Shown here: one piece after another, positions 23,442 through 35,689 of the stretch | Position numbering within the stretch: position 1 is the stretch's first letter | Layout: each line of letters opens with the position of its first letter | Program-made: the position numbers and the translations under genes | Source: Neovahlkampfia damariscottae | Taxonomy: Eukaryota | Reading direction: 5' to 3' | Assembly: GCA_016618085.1 (NCBI GenBank) | Contig: JABLTG010000025.1 | Coordinates: 62,001 to 126,000, forward strand | DNA: 64,000 nt | Notes under the pieces: model-generated | Told to the model about the DNA's origin: nothing | Databases searched by the model: none | What the model saw: the letters and a program-made list of their open reading frames with translations, nothing else

Positions 23442-23959
23442 TTATAATTCAAATGAATGAGTAAATGGACCTTCAGAAATAAATTTAAGACCTTGACGAT
23501 TTCCATAAACACCTGATTGCAGTATACCTTTAAAAATTATTAAATAAAATTTTTTGAAAGGAAAACTCTTTTCGTGGATTGTAGATTTCATCATTTCTAC
23601 AAATGCATCATAAATTTCTTTTCCACCAGATTTTTCAATTAATGAATGGTATTGAACATTTTTTTGTTTGATTTTTCCCGCAAGAGAAGCTTGTGGGACA
23701 ATTAAAATATCACAAGGAACTTCTTGAATGGAACACGGTTTCCCATCTTCATTTATATAATACTTGGTTGTTGATAGAGTTTTAACTATTTTATTAAAAA
23801 GAGTTTTAACTCACCAATTTTTTCTAAATCTTCTTTTTTTGTTTCTTTCAAAATAGAAAGATGAATTATCACACCTTTATTAATATTAACATATTTATCC
23901 ACGTTGTCTATCAGTAAAGATGCTGATTCAACTCTCTGTATCACGAACAAGACAGTCAT
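23442..23959 (-). CDS. DTD2: D-aminoacyl-tRNA deacylase paralog of the ATD/DTD2 type; 2 introns
   Basis: VIQRVESASL start, IVPQASL, QYH and GVYGNRQGLKFISEGPFTHSFEL*; not called by the ORF track. Confidence 0.8.
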
Positions 23960-24163
23960 CCAAAAAGTTTCTAATGATGTTCATTGGTTCAAAAAAAATC
24001 GTTATCAAAAGTAATAAATTGAAGTTTTTCTTTGAAAAAATGTGTCTATTTTTTAACGTTGTTGAAACCTTCCAATGAATTGACCAATCAATGAATATGG
24101 AAGTCCATGAGTATCATTGGTCAACTATACCTCAACGTTGGAACCACTTTCAACAACAGATAA

Positions 24164-25400
24164 ATGTCAAAAACCAAACTAACACAACAGCCAGTATCAG
24201 ACACAAGTAATGCTATCAACATTTTTGCCCAAACAAGTGGTTCAGAATTACCTTTAGTACTTGTCCCACAAGGAAGATCATGCCTTTCATGGTACATGTT
24301 TGTGCCAGATGGTGTTCATGTAATCATGCACAAATTTGGTGCTGATGTTCAAGAAGTAAAACCAGGTCTTGGTTTCTATCCACCATGGGTTAAAATTGCC
24401 TTCTTAGTTTCAACACAATCTTGTTCATATAACGCACCTGTCAAAGGATGTCCAACACAAGATAATGTTAGAGTTCAAATTGATTTAACAATTGTTTTTC
24501 GTATTTATGATGCCAAGAAATTCGTTTATGATCTTGGTGCTTTAAAATTTGATGAGTTATTACAAGCAGCTACAGAAGAATCTATCAGAGGATTAGTCAG
24601 AGAAACAACACATGATAAAATTTATGAATTGAGAGGAAGTAGAGCAAAAGGTTTCTTAGATGGTTTAAATAAAAAATTTGAAAGATTTGGAGTACGTTTT
24701 AGTGACGCTACAATTACAAATTGTTTATTACCACAATCATTAGCTGAAAAATTACAAAAAGAAACAACATTTGATGCACAACAAAAAGAAGAAGATAAAT
24801 CACATGACGTAAAATAGTTTTAGTTTTTAACATTATTTCACACAGTATCAATTGAAAGTTTTAAATGATAATGCTTTGCTTCAAATGAAAAAATTGATTG
24901 CTAGTGCTGAAAGAAGTATCGCTGATGAAGAAGCTAAAAAAGAAAGAGCTTTAATTACTAAAGGTCAAAAAGAAATTGAAGCTCAAAGAAAAAAACAACT
25001 TGCCATTATTAAAGCTGAAGAAGAAGCTGAAGTATTAAAATATAAAGCAGAATCTGAAGTTATTAACTCAAAAATTCAAGGAGAAAAAGAAGCAAGTTTG
25101 ATGATTTTAAAAGCAGAGGGTGAAGCTTCAGCTCAAAAAATTAAAGTTGATCAAGAATGTCAAGTTGAAATTATTAAAGCACAAGCGGAACTTGAAGCTG
25201 CTGAAAATATTTCAAAAGCTTTGATTATTGAAGCTGATGCTGAAGAAAAAGCATCTTCTCAATTGAAAGAAAGAAGAGCTCATGATTTGACACTTGAAAA
25301 ATTAAGTGCTTTGGAAAAATTAACAAAGAAAGGTAAAATTATTATTTCAGGTGAAAATGGTGACAATTTAATTAAGTCTGTTGTTGATATGTCAAAATAA
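24164..25400 (+). CDS. SPFH/band 7 domain protein with long coiled-coil tail; 1 intron
   Basis: VPDG, TQDNVRVQID, FVYDLG, EESIRGL and FGVRF motifs; Ala/Glu-rich coiled coil. Confidence 0.88.
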
Positions 25401-25538
25401 AAAATTATTTGTTATACATCATATTTTAACTACTTTTAACTCACCCTATAATTTTAACTGATGCAGTCGAGTTTTCGGTTGGTTATTGTTTTAAATTAAA
25501 AGAATCTTTTTATTGGACAAACCAACCGAAAAAAAAAA

Positions 25539-26753
25539 ATGAACACAACAGAAGGGAAAGCAAAACATTTAGATGAAATAGACTTACTCTTTCGTAAGAT
25601 AACAACAATACATAGTGAACCAACAAATGAATCAGATTTAATTGAATACATTTGTGAGTGGTTAGTTGAAGAACATATTTGTGAAAAACATGAAATATTA
25701 AAAGACAGAAAAATTGGAATTTTCATTCAAAAACAAATTTTAGTTTCAAAAAGTTCAAGTCTTAAAAATGGTGTTATGTTTTGTGGTCACTTAGATTCTT
25801 TACATTTACCTTCCAAAGAAGATTTATCCAATACGATATTTGAAAGAAAAGAGAACAAATTACATTTTAAAAATTTGAAACAAGGAGAAGAATTAGGTTT
25901 AGATGATAAAACTGGAATCGTAACAATCTTAAAATTATTGAAAGATTTGAAAAATGAAAAAAAATTTAAAGAAAATGAACTCGAAGAAGTTTTTGTTCAA
26001 ACTGAAAAAGTGAAAGAAGAAGATTTAAAATCTATTAATTTTTTTGTTTATTTTTCAATTTGTGAAGAAATTGGTCAGAAAGGAATTATTTTTTTTCCAA
26101 TTGAAAAAATATCCTCAAAGATAGAGTAACTTGCAATTTTTTTTTTAAAACTCAAAAGTGTTGCAATAGCAATTGATAGAAAAACAGATTACCATGAAAA
26201 AAATATACAACATTATGTGAATAAATACATGGGAATTCCAACAATTCATAAAAATCATGAAGACATGATTTATGCAATGTTCAATAAAGTAAAAAAAAAT
26301 ATTTTTTACAATTTTGAAAAGGCGGCAGAAAAAATGGAACTAGGAACTTCAATTGACAGATTGGAATCAAAAAATATGTCAGACATATTAGAATTGAGAG
26401 GTCGAATTGATTGTGAAGTAATTCTCAATGATTTAGTGATTGATGATATCTTAAATGATGAATTATCAAGATTATTGAATTCATATCAGTTCGCTACAAA
26501 TGCGGTAATGAATAAAATGGATGAAGTAAAACCAAATGAATCTATTGGTGGATTCAAATCACCATTGAGATCTGAAAGATATCAAAATATGAAGAAAATT
26601 AATGAAATATTATATTCCAAATACTCTAAACAAGTTTCAGTCGAATTTTCTTGTTTGAATTTTTCAATGGATTATGATGAACAAAATCAATACATGGATT
26701 TGAAAGAAATTCAAAATACAGTGCTTTTAATGAAAGGATTTATTGAAGAATAA
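25539..26753 (+). CDS. Zn peptidase-like protein (M20/M28/M42 clan); 1 intron
   Basis: GHLDS, LGLDDKTG, CEEIGQKG and AIDR metal-ligand motifs. Confidence 0.7.
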
Positions 26754-26912
26754 AAAAAGATTTAGTTTCTAATTTGGTTAATTTTAAGTTTCATTTGGCA
26801 ATTTTTCTTTCCATTCAAATTTAAAAAAAATCCGTCTTTAATTGGCCGAAAATTTTTTTTGACCAATTGAAGAATAATAAGAATTTTTGAAAAGAACAAA
26901 AAGAAATTAAAA

Positions 26913-27679
26913 ATGAACGGAAAAGAACAAAATGAAGATTGGAATGTACAAACAAAAAAATCAAGAGGTGGAAGAAAAGAAGTTTTGAGTAAAACAAAAA
27001 CTGATAAAACACCAAGTCCAACCTCAAATAAAGAAATTACATTTAAACAAACAACAACAACAATCACAACTACAAATAATAATGAAAATAAAAAAAAAGG
27101 ACCTCATTTGTTATTTGCTAATTTCACTTTAAGTGTTTATTGTAAAGAAAAAGGAAGTGAAAATTATGAAGAAAGTGTAAAAAAAATTGGAACTTTTTCA
27201 ACAGTCGAAGATTTTTGGTTTTTTTATTCTCATTTAATCCGTCCACATGATGTTACAGTACCAACTGATTTTCATTTATTCGTACAAGGAATAAAACCAA
27301 CATGGGAAGATCAGGAAAATTTAAACGGTGGCAAATGGATGGTTAGATGTAAAAAAGGATTTTCAACTAGACTTTGGGAAGATTTGGTAATTATTTTCAA
27401 AAATCTTTAAAAAAAAAATAGTTACTAGGTTTTGTCGGTTATGAATTTAATGTTTTGGAAAATGAAATTTCTGGTGTTGTTCTTTCGATTAGAGATCATC
27501 ATGATATCATAAGTGTTTGGAATAAAACAGCAATTGATCAAGATATTCGTTATAAAATCAGAGATATTTTGATTCGAATTTTAAAATTACCAGGTGGTAC
27601 AATTATGGAATACAAAACTCATAATGAAAGTTTAAAAGATAATTCAAGTTTTAGAAATACAGAAACTTATAAATGTTGA
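26913..27679 (+). CDS. eIF4E family cap-binding protein, class II (4EHP/nCBP-like); 1 intron
   Basis: NYEE (Tyr at the W56 position), FSTVEDFW..YSHL.RP, GIKPTWED..N..GGKW, SVWNK and EYKTH motifs. Confidence 0.88.
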
Positions 27680-27834
27680 ATAAAAATAAACTTCAAAAAA
27701 AAAATGTAATATCATCATCTCTTTGATACGTCAAAACCAAACCAAAACTAAAAAAAACCAAAACTGAAAAACCAACACTTCTTCTATCAATAATTACAAC
27801 AACAACAACAACATAAAAGGTTAATGTAAAAAAT

Positions 27835-29255
27835 TTATTTATTTCTAGCTTCTGCTTCAGCAGCCAATTGTTTTGCTCTTTCTTCTTCTCTTTTTTTTGT
27901 ATTTTCAAAAGATTGTAAAATTTCTTCTTCTGTATTTCCAGCCAATTTAAAGAATTCAATCCATTTTTCATCTGAAACAGTTTTATCAGATTTGACTACT
28001 TTTTCAGCTTTTGTTTCTTTAGTTGTTGTTGAAACTACTTTTCTTTGAGCACCTCTTGTTTCTTCAATCTTTGATTTCAAAGCTGAAATTTCCATTTCCA
28101 TTTTTTTATTTGCTTGAATTTGTTCTTGAAATTGTTTATATAAAACTTCAAGGTGTTGTTGGAATTCATTTAATTCTTCAGCTTGACCACCTGAACGACC
28201 ACTTGATTTATCAGTTGTAAATGTTTCTGATGTAATTCTTGCTTCTTCTGTTTTAGCCCAAAGATCATCAACAGATTGAACGTGTTTTAATTTTTTATAT
28301 CTTTCTTTATAAGAGTAGTCAAAATCACCTTTTTCAATTTCAACTAAAATTTCATCTCTAACTTCAGGTAAGTACTTATCAATGTATTCATATGAATTAA
28401 GTTGATAAGGTAATGAATAATGATCAAATAAAATAAGTTCGGATGTATTTCTATAAACTTTACCAATTTTATCAACTTGACCAGTAAATTTAGAAAGTTC
28501 ATCACCAAGTTTATCCATCTTTTAAATTTTAAAAAAATTATTTTTTTTTTTTTTACTTCTGGTTTTAAAAATGATTGGAGGATTTTTAAAACATCATTTT
28601 TAGCATAAGTTGGTTGATTATTTTTCAATGAATGATGGAATTTTTCACGTAATTCAAATGCTTTTTCTTCACCTAAATTTTTTTCAGCTTCTTCCCAATC
28701 CATAGTTGGAAGTGATGTTTCAATAAGTTTATGATGTGCTTTTTCATAATTATTAACAGATCTAAAAAGTTTTTCCCATTCTTCTTTTTCTGATTTAGAT
28801 ACTAATGAATAAAATTTTTCAAGTGTTTTTGGGTCAATTTGTTGAAGTTCTGATTTTTCTGGCCATTCTGTGAATGGTTTTGTAGTATAACTTGGTACTT
28901 TTGGTAAAGGCATATCTAAAATTGAAGTATCTTGATATATAGCTTTTACTTGTTCAACAGTTTCATAACCACCTGCTTGTTTGATTATTTCGAAATATTC
29001 TTCAGATTCAATTGGTTTGTAACGAAGAATATCTTTAATTTTTGATAAAACTTGGAAGTCTACATCTGCTTTTTTTACGTATTCTGAAGGTGATCCGTAT
29101 TTTGCTTCAAAATCTTTTGCTATATTGTCTGTAGTTAATCTGTTTGCTTCTGAATCAGCTCCAAAATAAACTCTTGCAGGATGATCTAATTTTTTAACTC
29201 CTGAGCTAGAACGGACAAAACTCTTTTGCTTCGCGAATTTTAACACTCTTTGCAT
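27835..29255 (-). CDS. Mitochondrial protein, possibly extended ATP synthase subunit d; 1 intron
   Basis: Basic presequence; LPTMDW motif and later KYLPEVRDEILVEI..GD resemble subunit d (PxIDW...FPE...EI). Confidence 0.5.
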
Positions 29256-29432
29256 GTTGAAGAAATTCTTGAAAGATGATTGGTCAGATAAAAAAAAAAT
29301 CTTTTTAAAAAAATTTTATTTAATTTTTTTGTTTTTTATAGAAAAATAAAAGTTTTTTCGCTTGACATTTTTGTTGGTGATTTGATTCACCTTTCGGAGA
29401 ATAAAAACGAAATGTAAATAATTATGAAAGTT

Positions 29433-31476
29433 TTACTTATTGTCAGATTCCAACTTTAGAGAATGATATCCTTCACTTGAATCAACGAATGTATATTTCG
29501 TTTTAACTTTAAGCATTGCATCATTCGAAACACGAACACCTTTTGATAGATTTGCCAACATTATTGCTTCGTCAACACCATCTCCAAATATTGTATATTG
29601 ATCCATCAAGGGATTCAATAAAATTCTCTTTCCAAGTGAAATCCCAATTCCAATTTCGAATCCTTCAAATCCTTTTTCAAAATCTAATTCAATTTTTCCT
29701 TTCACGAAATTCATCATTGCAATAGCTGATTTTACAAATGCATTAACAGTAATAAGTTCTTTATTAGTGACTGCGATCATTGTATCATTTACAATTATCA
29801 TTTTATTCACAATAAATGATGTTGTTACTTCTTCAAATTTTTCGTAAACATGTTCCAAAAATGCGGTGAATTTTCTTTCAGATTTGTATTTTTGGATGTT
29901 AACAATTTTCAATGCAATAATAGGAGTACTTTCAATTCTTTCCATTTTCTTTTTTTTTGCTCCTGATGGATTTTCTGTTAATTTTTTTTTTGAATAAATA
30001 TCTTGAATTAAATTAAACCATGAAGATGCCAAAACATCACTTAAAATATCTCCTTTAAAAAAATTAAAAAAAATGATTCATCATTTACCACTAAATTCGT
30101 CATATTTTCCATTTGTCAATCCAGCCAAAGCAACACATTCAGCGTTAATAGAGATAGGAATCAACAACAGATTTGACATTGGAAAATGTCCATGAGGTAA
30201 ATCCAATGAAGTAGTATCTTTCAAATAAAGAGGTTTTCTATTTTTTACAACTTCAAGCATTGTAGGAGCTTTTTTTAAAATTGGTTTTCTAAATGATTGC
30301 ATGACGCTTGATTTAATTTGTTCAGCAGAAGAACTGAAAACATAATTTATGAATTCATATCGATCAGATTTTTCTTCTTCTACTTCAGACTCTGATGATT
30401 GAGAACTTGTTTGAAAACTTTGTTGTTTAAAAGCACGTAAATTTGATTCAACTTTTAAAGGTGCAACAAAAGCCATACCTCCATACATTTCTTCAAAGAA
30501 ATTTACGATTGACTTTAACTTTTTTTTTGCAATATCTGAATCTTTATCATCATCATCTTCATTGGAAGAAATATAATTGGATAATTGTTGTGATAGTTTT
30601 TTGATATTTTCTACTCTTTCTTCCACTCTTCTCAATCTTTCAATTGCTTCTAATTGTTTATTTGCTTTTGATATTGATTCTAAAATGATATTCGCCCAGA
30701 TTTTCGGTAAAACTTCCATCAAGATTTCTCCATCGATATCTGTATACATTCCATTTGCCATTCCCAACAACCTCCGAAATTTAGTTTTTTTTTATTTTGT
30801 TTCTTACGCAACAGATTGTTTGTTTACCACTACAGGTACTAATAAAACTGTTTTTAGTTTGAAATGACCTTCTGGAACTTTTACTAAACCTCCATCTAAT
30901 AATTTAAAACGTTTGGAAAGAAGAATCAATTGAAAACTTGTAGATCTAGATAATTTTGGTTCTTCTAGATGTTGTGAATCCATTTCTTTCAATACATTTT
31001 TGCTTGAAGTTGACCAAACGTATTCCTAAAACAATAAAAAAGAATTTGTAATTTACCAAAAAATTTAAGTCTGATAAATCTGTAATAGAAGTTAATTCTT
31101 TCTTGCTTCCCAAAGATGAGTTTGCAGCTACATCTAAAGGTGCTAAAAATACTAAAAAAAAAAAAAAAGAATAAAAAATAAATTGACACCTACCACTACC
31201 ACCGAATTCCATAGCAATGGCATCAACAATTTGAAGTAATTTTTCTCGAAGAAGTTCTGTGATATCACTTGTTTTTGACTCAACAGAGCACATTGCTTCA
31301 ACTAAGTCTATGAGAGACTGTGCTTTTTGACTCCTCTGAACTTCTTTGTCACTTGTGTTGTTGAAATTTTCTATTTCTCTGTACGCTTGTACTAAAAGAC
31401 CAAGAACATCTTTGCTAGTATAGTCAGGAATTTCTTCTGATGACTTGTCACTGCCGTTCAAAATTGACTCAAGCAT
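29433..31476 (-). CDS. Tandem GAF domains + degenerate class III nucleotide cyclase domain; 4 introns
   Basis: VPEGHFKLKTVLLVPV..LGMAN and LPHGHFPMSNLLLIPI..AGLTN; C-terminal IVNDTMIAV, IGIGISLG and YTIFGDGVDEA. Confidence 0.7.
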
Positions 31477-31527
31477 GACTTTTTAAACCAATAGCATGAA
31501 GAATTGCCTAAACTGGATATGAAAAAT

Positions 31528-33662
31528 TCAGGAAATAGAATTGATGAAAAAAAATATTTTTGAAATGTAAAATTTAGATTTTGGGCATTCTTTACAAGAT
31601 TTTGAATCTGGGACATCAAGAACAGGATTTTGATCAAAAAATCCAAATGGAGCTAAAGTGAAAGCGTTCAATTGAACAACAGGCATAATTGGAAAGTCTT
31701 CTGGTTTTACAATGTGAGAAACACCTGTTGTAATCCAAAGAACCAAATTTTGATTTTGAATACTTCTATTTTTTTTGGTAAATGATTCAAGTGTTTTTCC
31801 ACCAACAACACCATCAGATTGATTTGGATAATTTCCAGAGGAATGCATTTCATCATCTTTAAAAGGTGTTACCCATAAATGATGTTTTAACCATGGAGCT
31901 CTTTTCACCAACCATGAATCATCTGTCGCAAATTTTTTTACATTTGGACCAAAATGTAATGCATAAGCTGTGTTCATATGATGTGCATTTTTCTTTTCTG
32001 TGTTGAAACTAAAAAGGTTAATAAATTTTTAAAAACAAACATTTTCCAAAATCTACATTGAACAAGATCTCTTTTTGCATCATTCTCATTTTTCAAAACA
32101 GTTTCTTGAGAATAGAAAGCATTTCCCAATGGATTTTTTGATTTTCTTTCTGTGTGGATATTCACCTCAGAAATTGAATTTTTTAATCCATCAACACACA
32201 TATCCATTCTGACACTATAAATATGTTGATGAATATGTGCAACTAATCTGTCATATAAAACTGTTCTGTATTTATTTTTTTTTCATTCTTTTTCAAACCA
32301 CTTAAGTTAATAATACCTGTATGCTTGACTTCAAGACTAATAGTTCCATCAAGTCCTAAATTCCAATAAAAACCATATTCATAATTTCCCACCAAAATTT
32401 TAAAAGATGTGTTCAGTGGATTACCAGTTGCAATGAAAGAAATTATTAATTTTCTATTTCTTTTGATATATACTTCATTTAATCTCCAATCTGTGTGTTT
32501 CAATAAAATTGAATTATCTTCTTCATGTAAACAAATAGCATTCTTGATAATGTGTGGAGAACCATCAAGAGTGGTCATAACTCCATCAAAGTATTTAATT
32601 TCACCAACACAATCATATCCTAATTCAAGGGAATTTGCTAATTTACCTAATCCATATTCACTTTTATTTGATTTAATAAATTAAAGCAAACCCTGCATCA
32701 AATACATTTTTGAAACAATGAAGGTCTTCAGGAGATCCATAAGGAACGACCATTTCAGCAATAGAAGCACGATAACAAACTGGACGATTATTGAAAGAAA
32801 TATTTTGTAAAATTAGTCCTTCAAGGGTTGTGAAATTAATTCTAAATTTCCAATTCTGCCATTCTACTTCATTCCCATCAATATTCCATGATACCCCATG
32901 TGGTTGAGTAACTTCAATTGGATTCATGTTAGTTCTTAATTTAAATCCTTCTTCTTTCAACAACAATTCTTGTTTGTAGTTGAAACTTTTGGTTGACATT
33001 TCATTGAATGTATCAACGATTTTTAATACTTTTGAATTTGTCAAATCAATTAAAACTGAAAGTCCTTCAACTGGATGAGCATAGCCATTGTCATCATCGG
33101 ATCCAATTCTGGAATAGACCAAAGCTCTCAATAATCTTTTTCCTTTTTCTGATTCATCACCATAATAACCGGCAGTCCATGGTTCACTTGTCATATTTTT
33201 AATAAAACTATGAATTTTACATCATCCAATGTTGTGGATTTAATTAATTTCTTTTTTTCATTGCTTTGATGAAGTTTTCATCTTGCTTGATTAATTTTTC
33301 ACAAGATTCATATTCTTCAAGTGTTACAATTGGTTGACATCCCTTTGGAAGTTTTTTCCAACTCAAAATTTTTTCTGTTGTTAAAGATACAATAGTTTCA
33401 TAGGAAATTGCATGACTTTTTTCTTTGATGGAAAAACAAACAAAAATTTGTCTGTCATATTTTTTAGTTTCACTATTGAACACAATTTCTTTTGGTACTT
33501 CATGTAAATCAATTTGATAGAAATAAATTTTTGTTTTTGTTTTTGAAATTTTCGAAAAAATTTGTTCTATGACAATTTTAGAAGTTTCTTTTATTTCTTC
33601 AGGTTAAAGCGTCTAAGAAAAATAATGAGACTTTCAAAGTAATGTTTACCAAGTGGATGCAT
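31528..33662 (-). pseudogene. Copper amine oxidase, disrupted
   Basis: MHPL, AHPVEGL, SIAEMVVPYG, NAICLHEED, GNYEY (TPQ), HIHQH and HIVKPEDFPIMP motifs. Lesions: a frameshift near codon 8, an in-frame TAA at 33244-33246, a GG acceptor at 32392 and an A-run frameshift at about 32280. Confidence 0.8.
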
Positions 33663-33880
33663 CAATCAACCGATTTTTTTGAACCAATCATCTTCAGATA
33701 CCAAATGTAATTTTTAATTTAAATTTAATTTCATTTTGGAAGTACAAATTAAAAAAATGACAAAAAACATTCTATGGAACCTTCCACTGGTTTGTTCAAT
33801 CAAATTGGATATTTCAGTTCCAATAAACAATTAGAAATAAATGTGATTGGTTAAATTTTTATTTTACTTGAAGCTAAGTG

Positions 33881-35329
33881 ATGAAGATTCATGTGTTAAT
33901 TCTTCTGGTATTTATTGCTTCTTCAATTGCAAATAATTTAATTATCAAAGGAGGGATTTGGTATGACGGTGACAATTCAAATCCCATTGCAAACAATGAC
34001 AAAATTTTAATAATCAAGAATGGATTAATTAACTCAATACAACCTTTATCACTCATGCAAGGAGTAAAAAAATTCTACAAGAATTATAGAATTATCGATA
34101 TTACAGGAAAGTTTTTAGTACCTGGATATTATGATGTTCATTATCATTCCACCTCTTCATCTTTTGGAGAAATATTTTTTCCTTTTTGGTTGAATCAAGA
34201 AGTAAGTTACAGTTATTTAGTTAAATTAAAGATGGTTGAAAAATATCCTGGAAAAGAAGCAATGGAATATGCCCATAAGTATCGAAAATTGAATAGAGAA
34301 CAAGCATTAAGAAGTGGTATCACAGCACTAACTGAAATCGGAGGTCCTTTATACTCAATTTCATATGTAATATTCATATTATCTTCTAACCATTTAAGTA
34401 TAGAGAAACCATTGAAAATCACGATTCACCAATATTCTATCCTTCTGGAAATATGTTGTGGGTTTCATCAGTTCCTCCTTTACCTGATATACCAGTTATC
34501 AATGTAGAGTTGAAGAATATTTCACATGCCATTGATGTGACTCGAAGACAAATTATGATGGGTGCTAAAACTATTAAATTCTATTATGTAATTCCTCAAG
34601 GAAGAAAACCAGAAGAATTTTTACCAATCTGTGAAGCTGTTGTGAAAATATGTAGACAATTTAAAGTTCCTGTTGTTGCACATCCAGCATCAAATACTTT
34701 TGAAGCAGCAATTCAATGTAATATCTTCATTTATTAATAATTAAACAGGTGGTGTTGATGCATTGGTACATGGTGTATTTGATCGTGTGATTGATCAAAA
34801 ATTTATTGATTTAATGAAAAAACACGGAACTTATTATACTCCTACATTTCAAATTCATGAAGGATATTATCAACTTTCTCATAATGTTTTATTTGAATCA
34901 ACAAAAAGACAATTGGAAAAAATGATTGATACAAGAACCAAAGAAAGAATTATGACAATTCCAAAAATGCCAGAAGCTCTCAGAAAACAACCATTTATAA
35001 ATTTGTCAATGGCAAAACAAAATTTAAAAATTCTTCATGATGCAGGAGTTCCTATATTAACTGGAACGGATTGTGGTCTCCCTGTTGCAATTCATGGCTT
35101 AATGCTTCATCGAGAATTTGAATATTATCAAGAAGCAGGAATTAAACCAATTGACATATTGAAACAAACAACATCAAATCCTTCGAAGTTGTGGAAAAGA
35201 AATCATGGAATTATTAAAATTGGATTTAATGGGGATTTGAATATTTTAGAAAAAGATCCATCCAAAGATGCTAGAAATTTGAATACTATTCATTCAACAA
35301 TCAGATTGGGAAAACAGCATGTTTGGTGA
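33881..35329 (+). CDS. Secreted metal-dependent amidohydrolase; 3 introns
   Basis: Signal peptide; GKFLVPGYYDVHYH, SGIT, VVAH, LVHG, GTD and G.IKIG..GDL motifs. Confidence 0.88.
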
Positions 35330-35689
35330 AACCAAAATAAATTAATCATTCTTGTTTCATTTTTTGTTTTCCTTGTATAAATAGTAAATCCCAGTTCTTC
35401 TGATTTCATAAATCTTTGATTAAATATTGCTTTCCTCATGAAATCTTTCCTAAATGATGAAAAATAGTTTTTAATACTTTCATCTATTTGTATTCTGTAG
35501 AACTGTCCAATTTTCCTTTGATCACAAGAAATTCTGGTGAAATTTCTGTTCCAAAAAAAAATGTGCTGAACGAATCACATTACAAACCAAAAGAAATACA
35601 TTAAATATTTTTATTTTTTTTTGAACATACAAATTCAAAAAAAATTCGCTTCTAAATAAACCTTCCATTCTTTTATCCAATCAAATTGG

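Noticed and set aside
33595..33612. Antizyme-like polyamine-induced frameshift (ACC-TGA) at the start of the amine oxidase
   Set aside because: The same gene has at least three other independent lesions, and a downstream AG could also bypass the site by splicing. Decay is the simpler explanation.
35330..35670. Small minus-strand gene divergent from MROH1
   Set aside because: It needs an atypically long intron and gives no coherent product.
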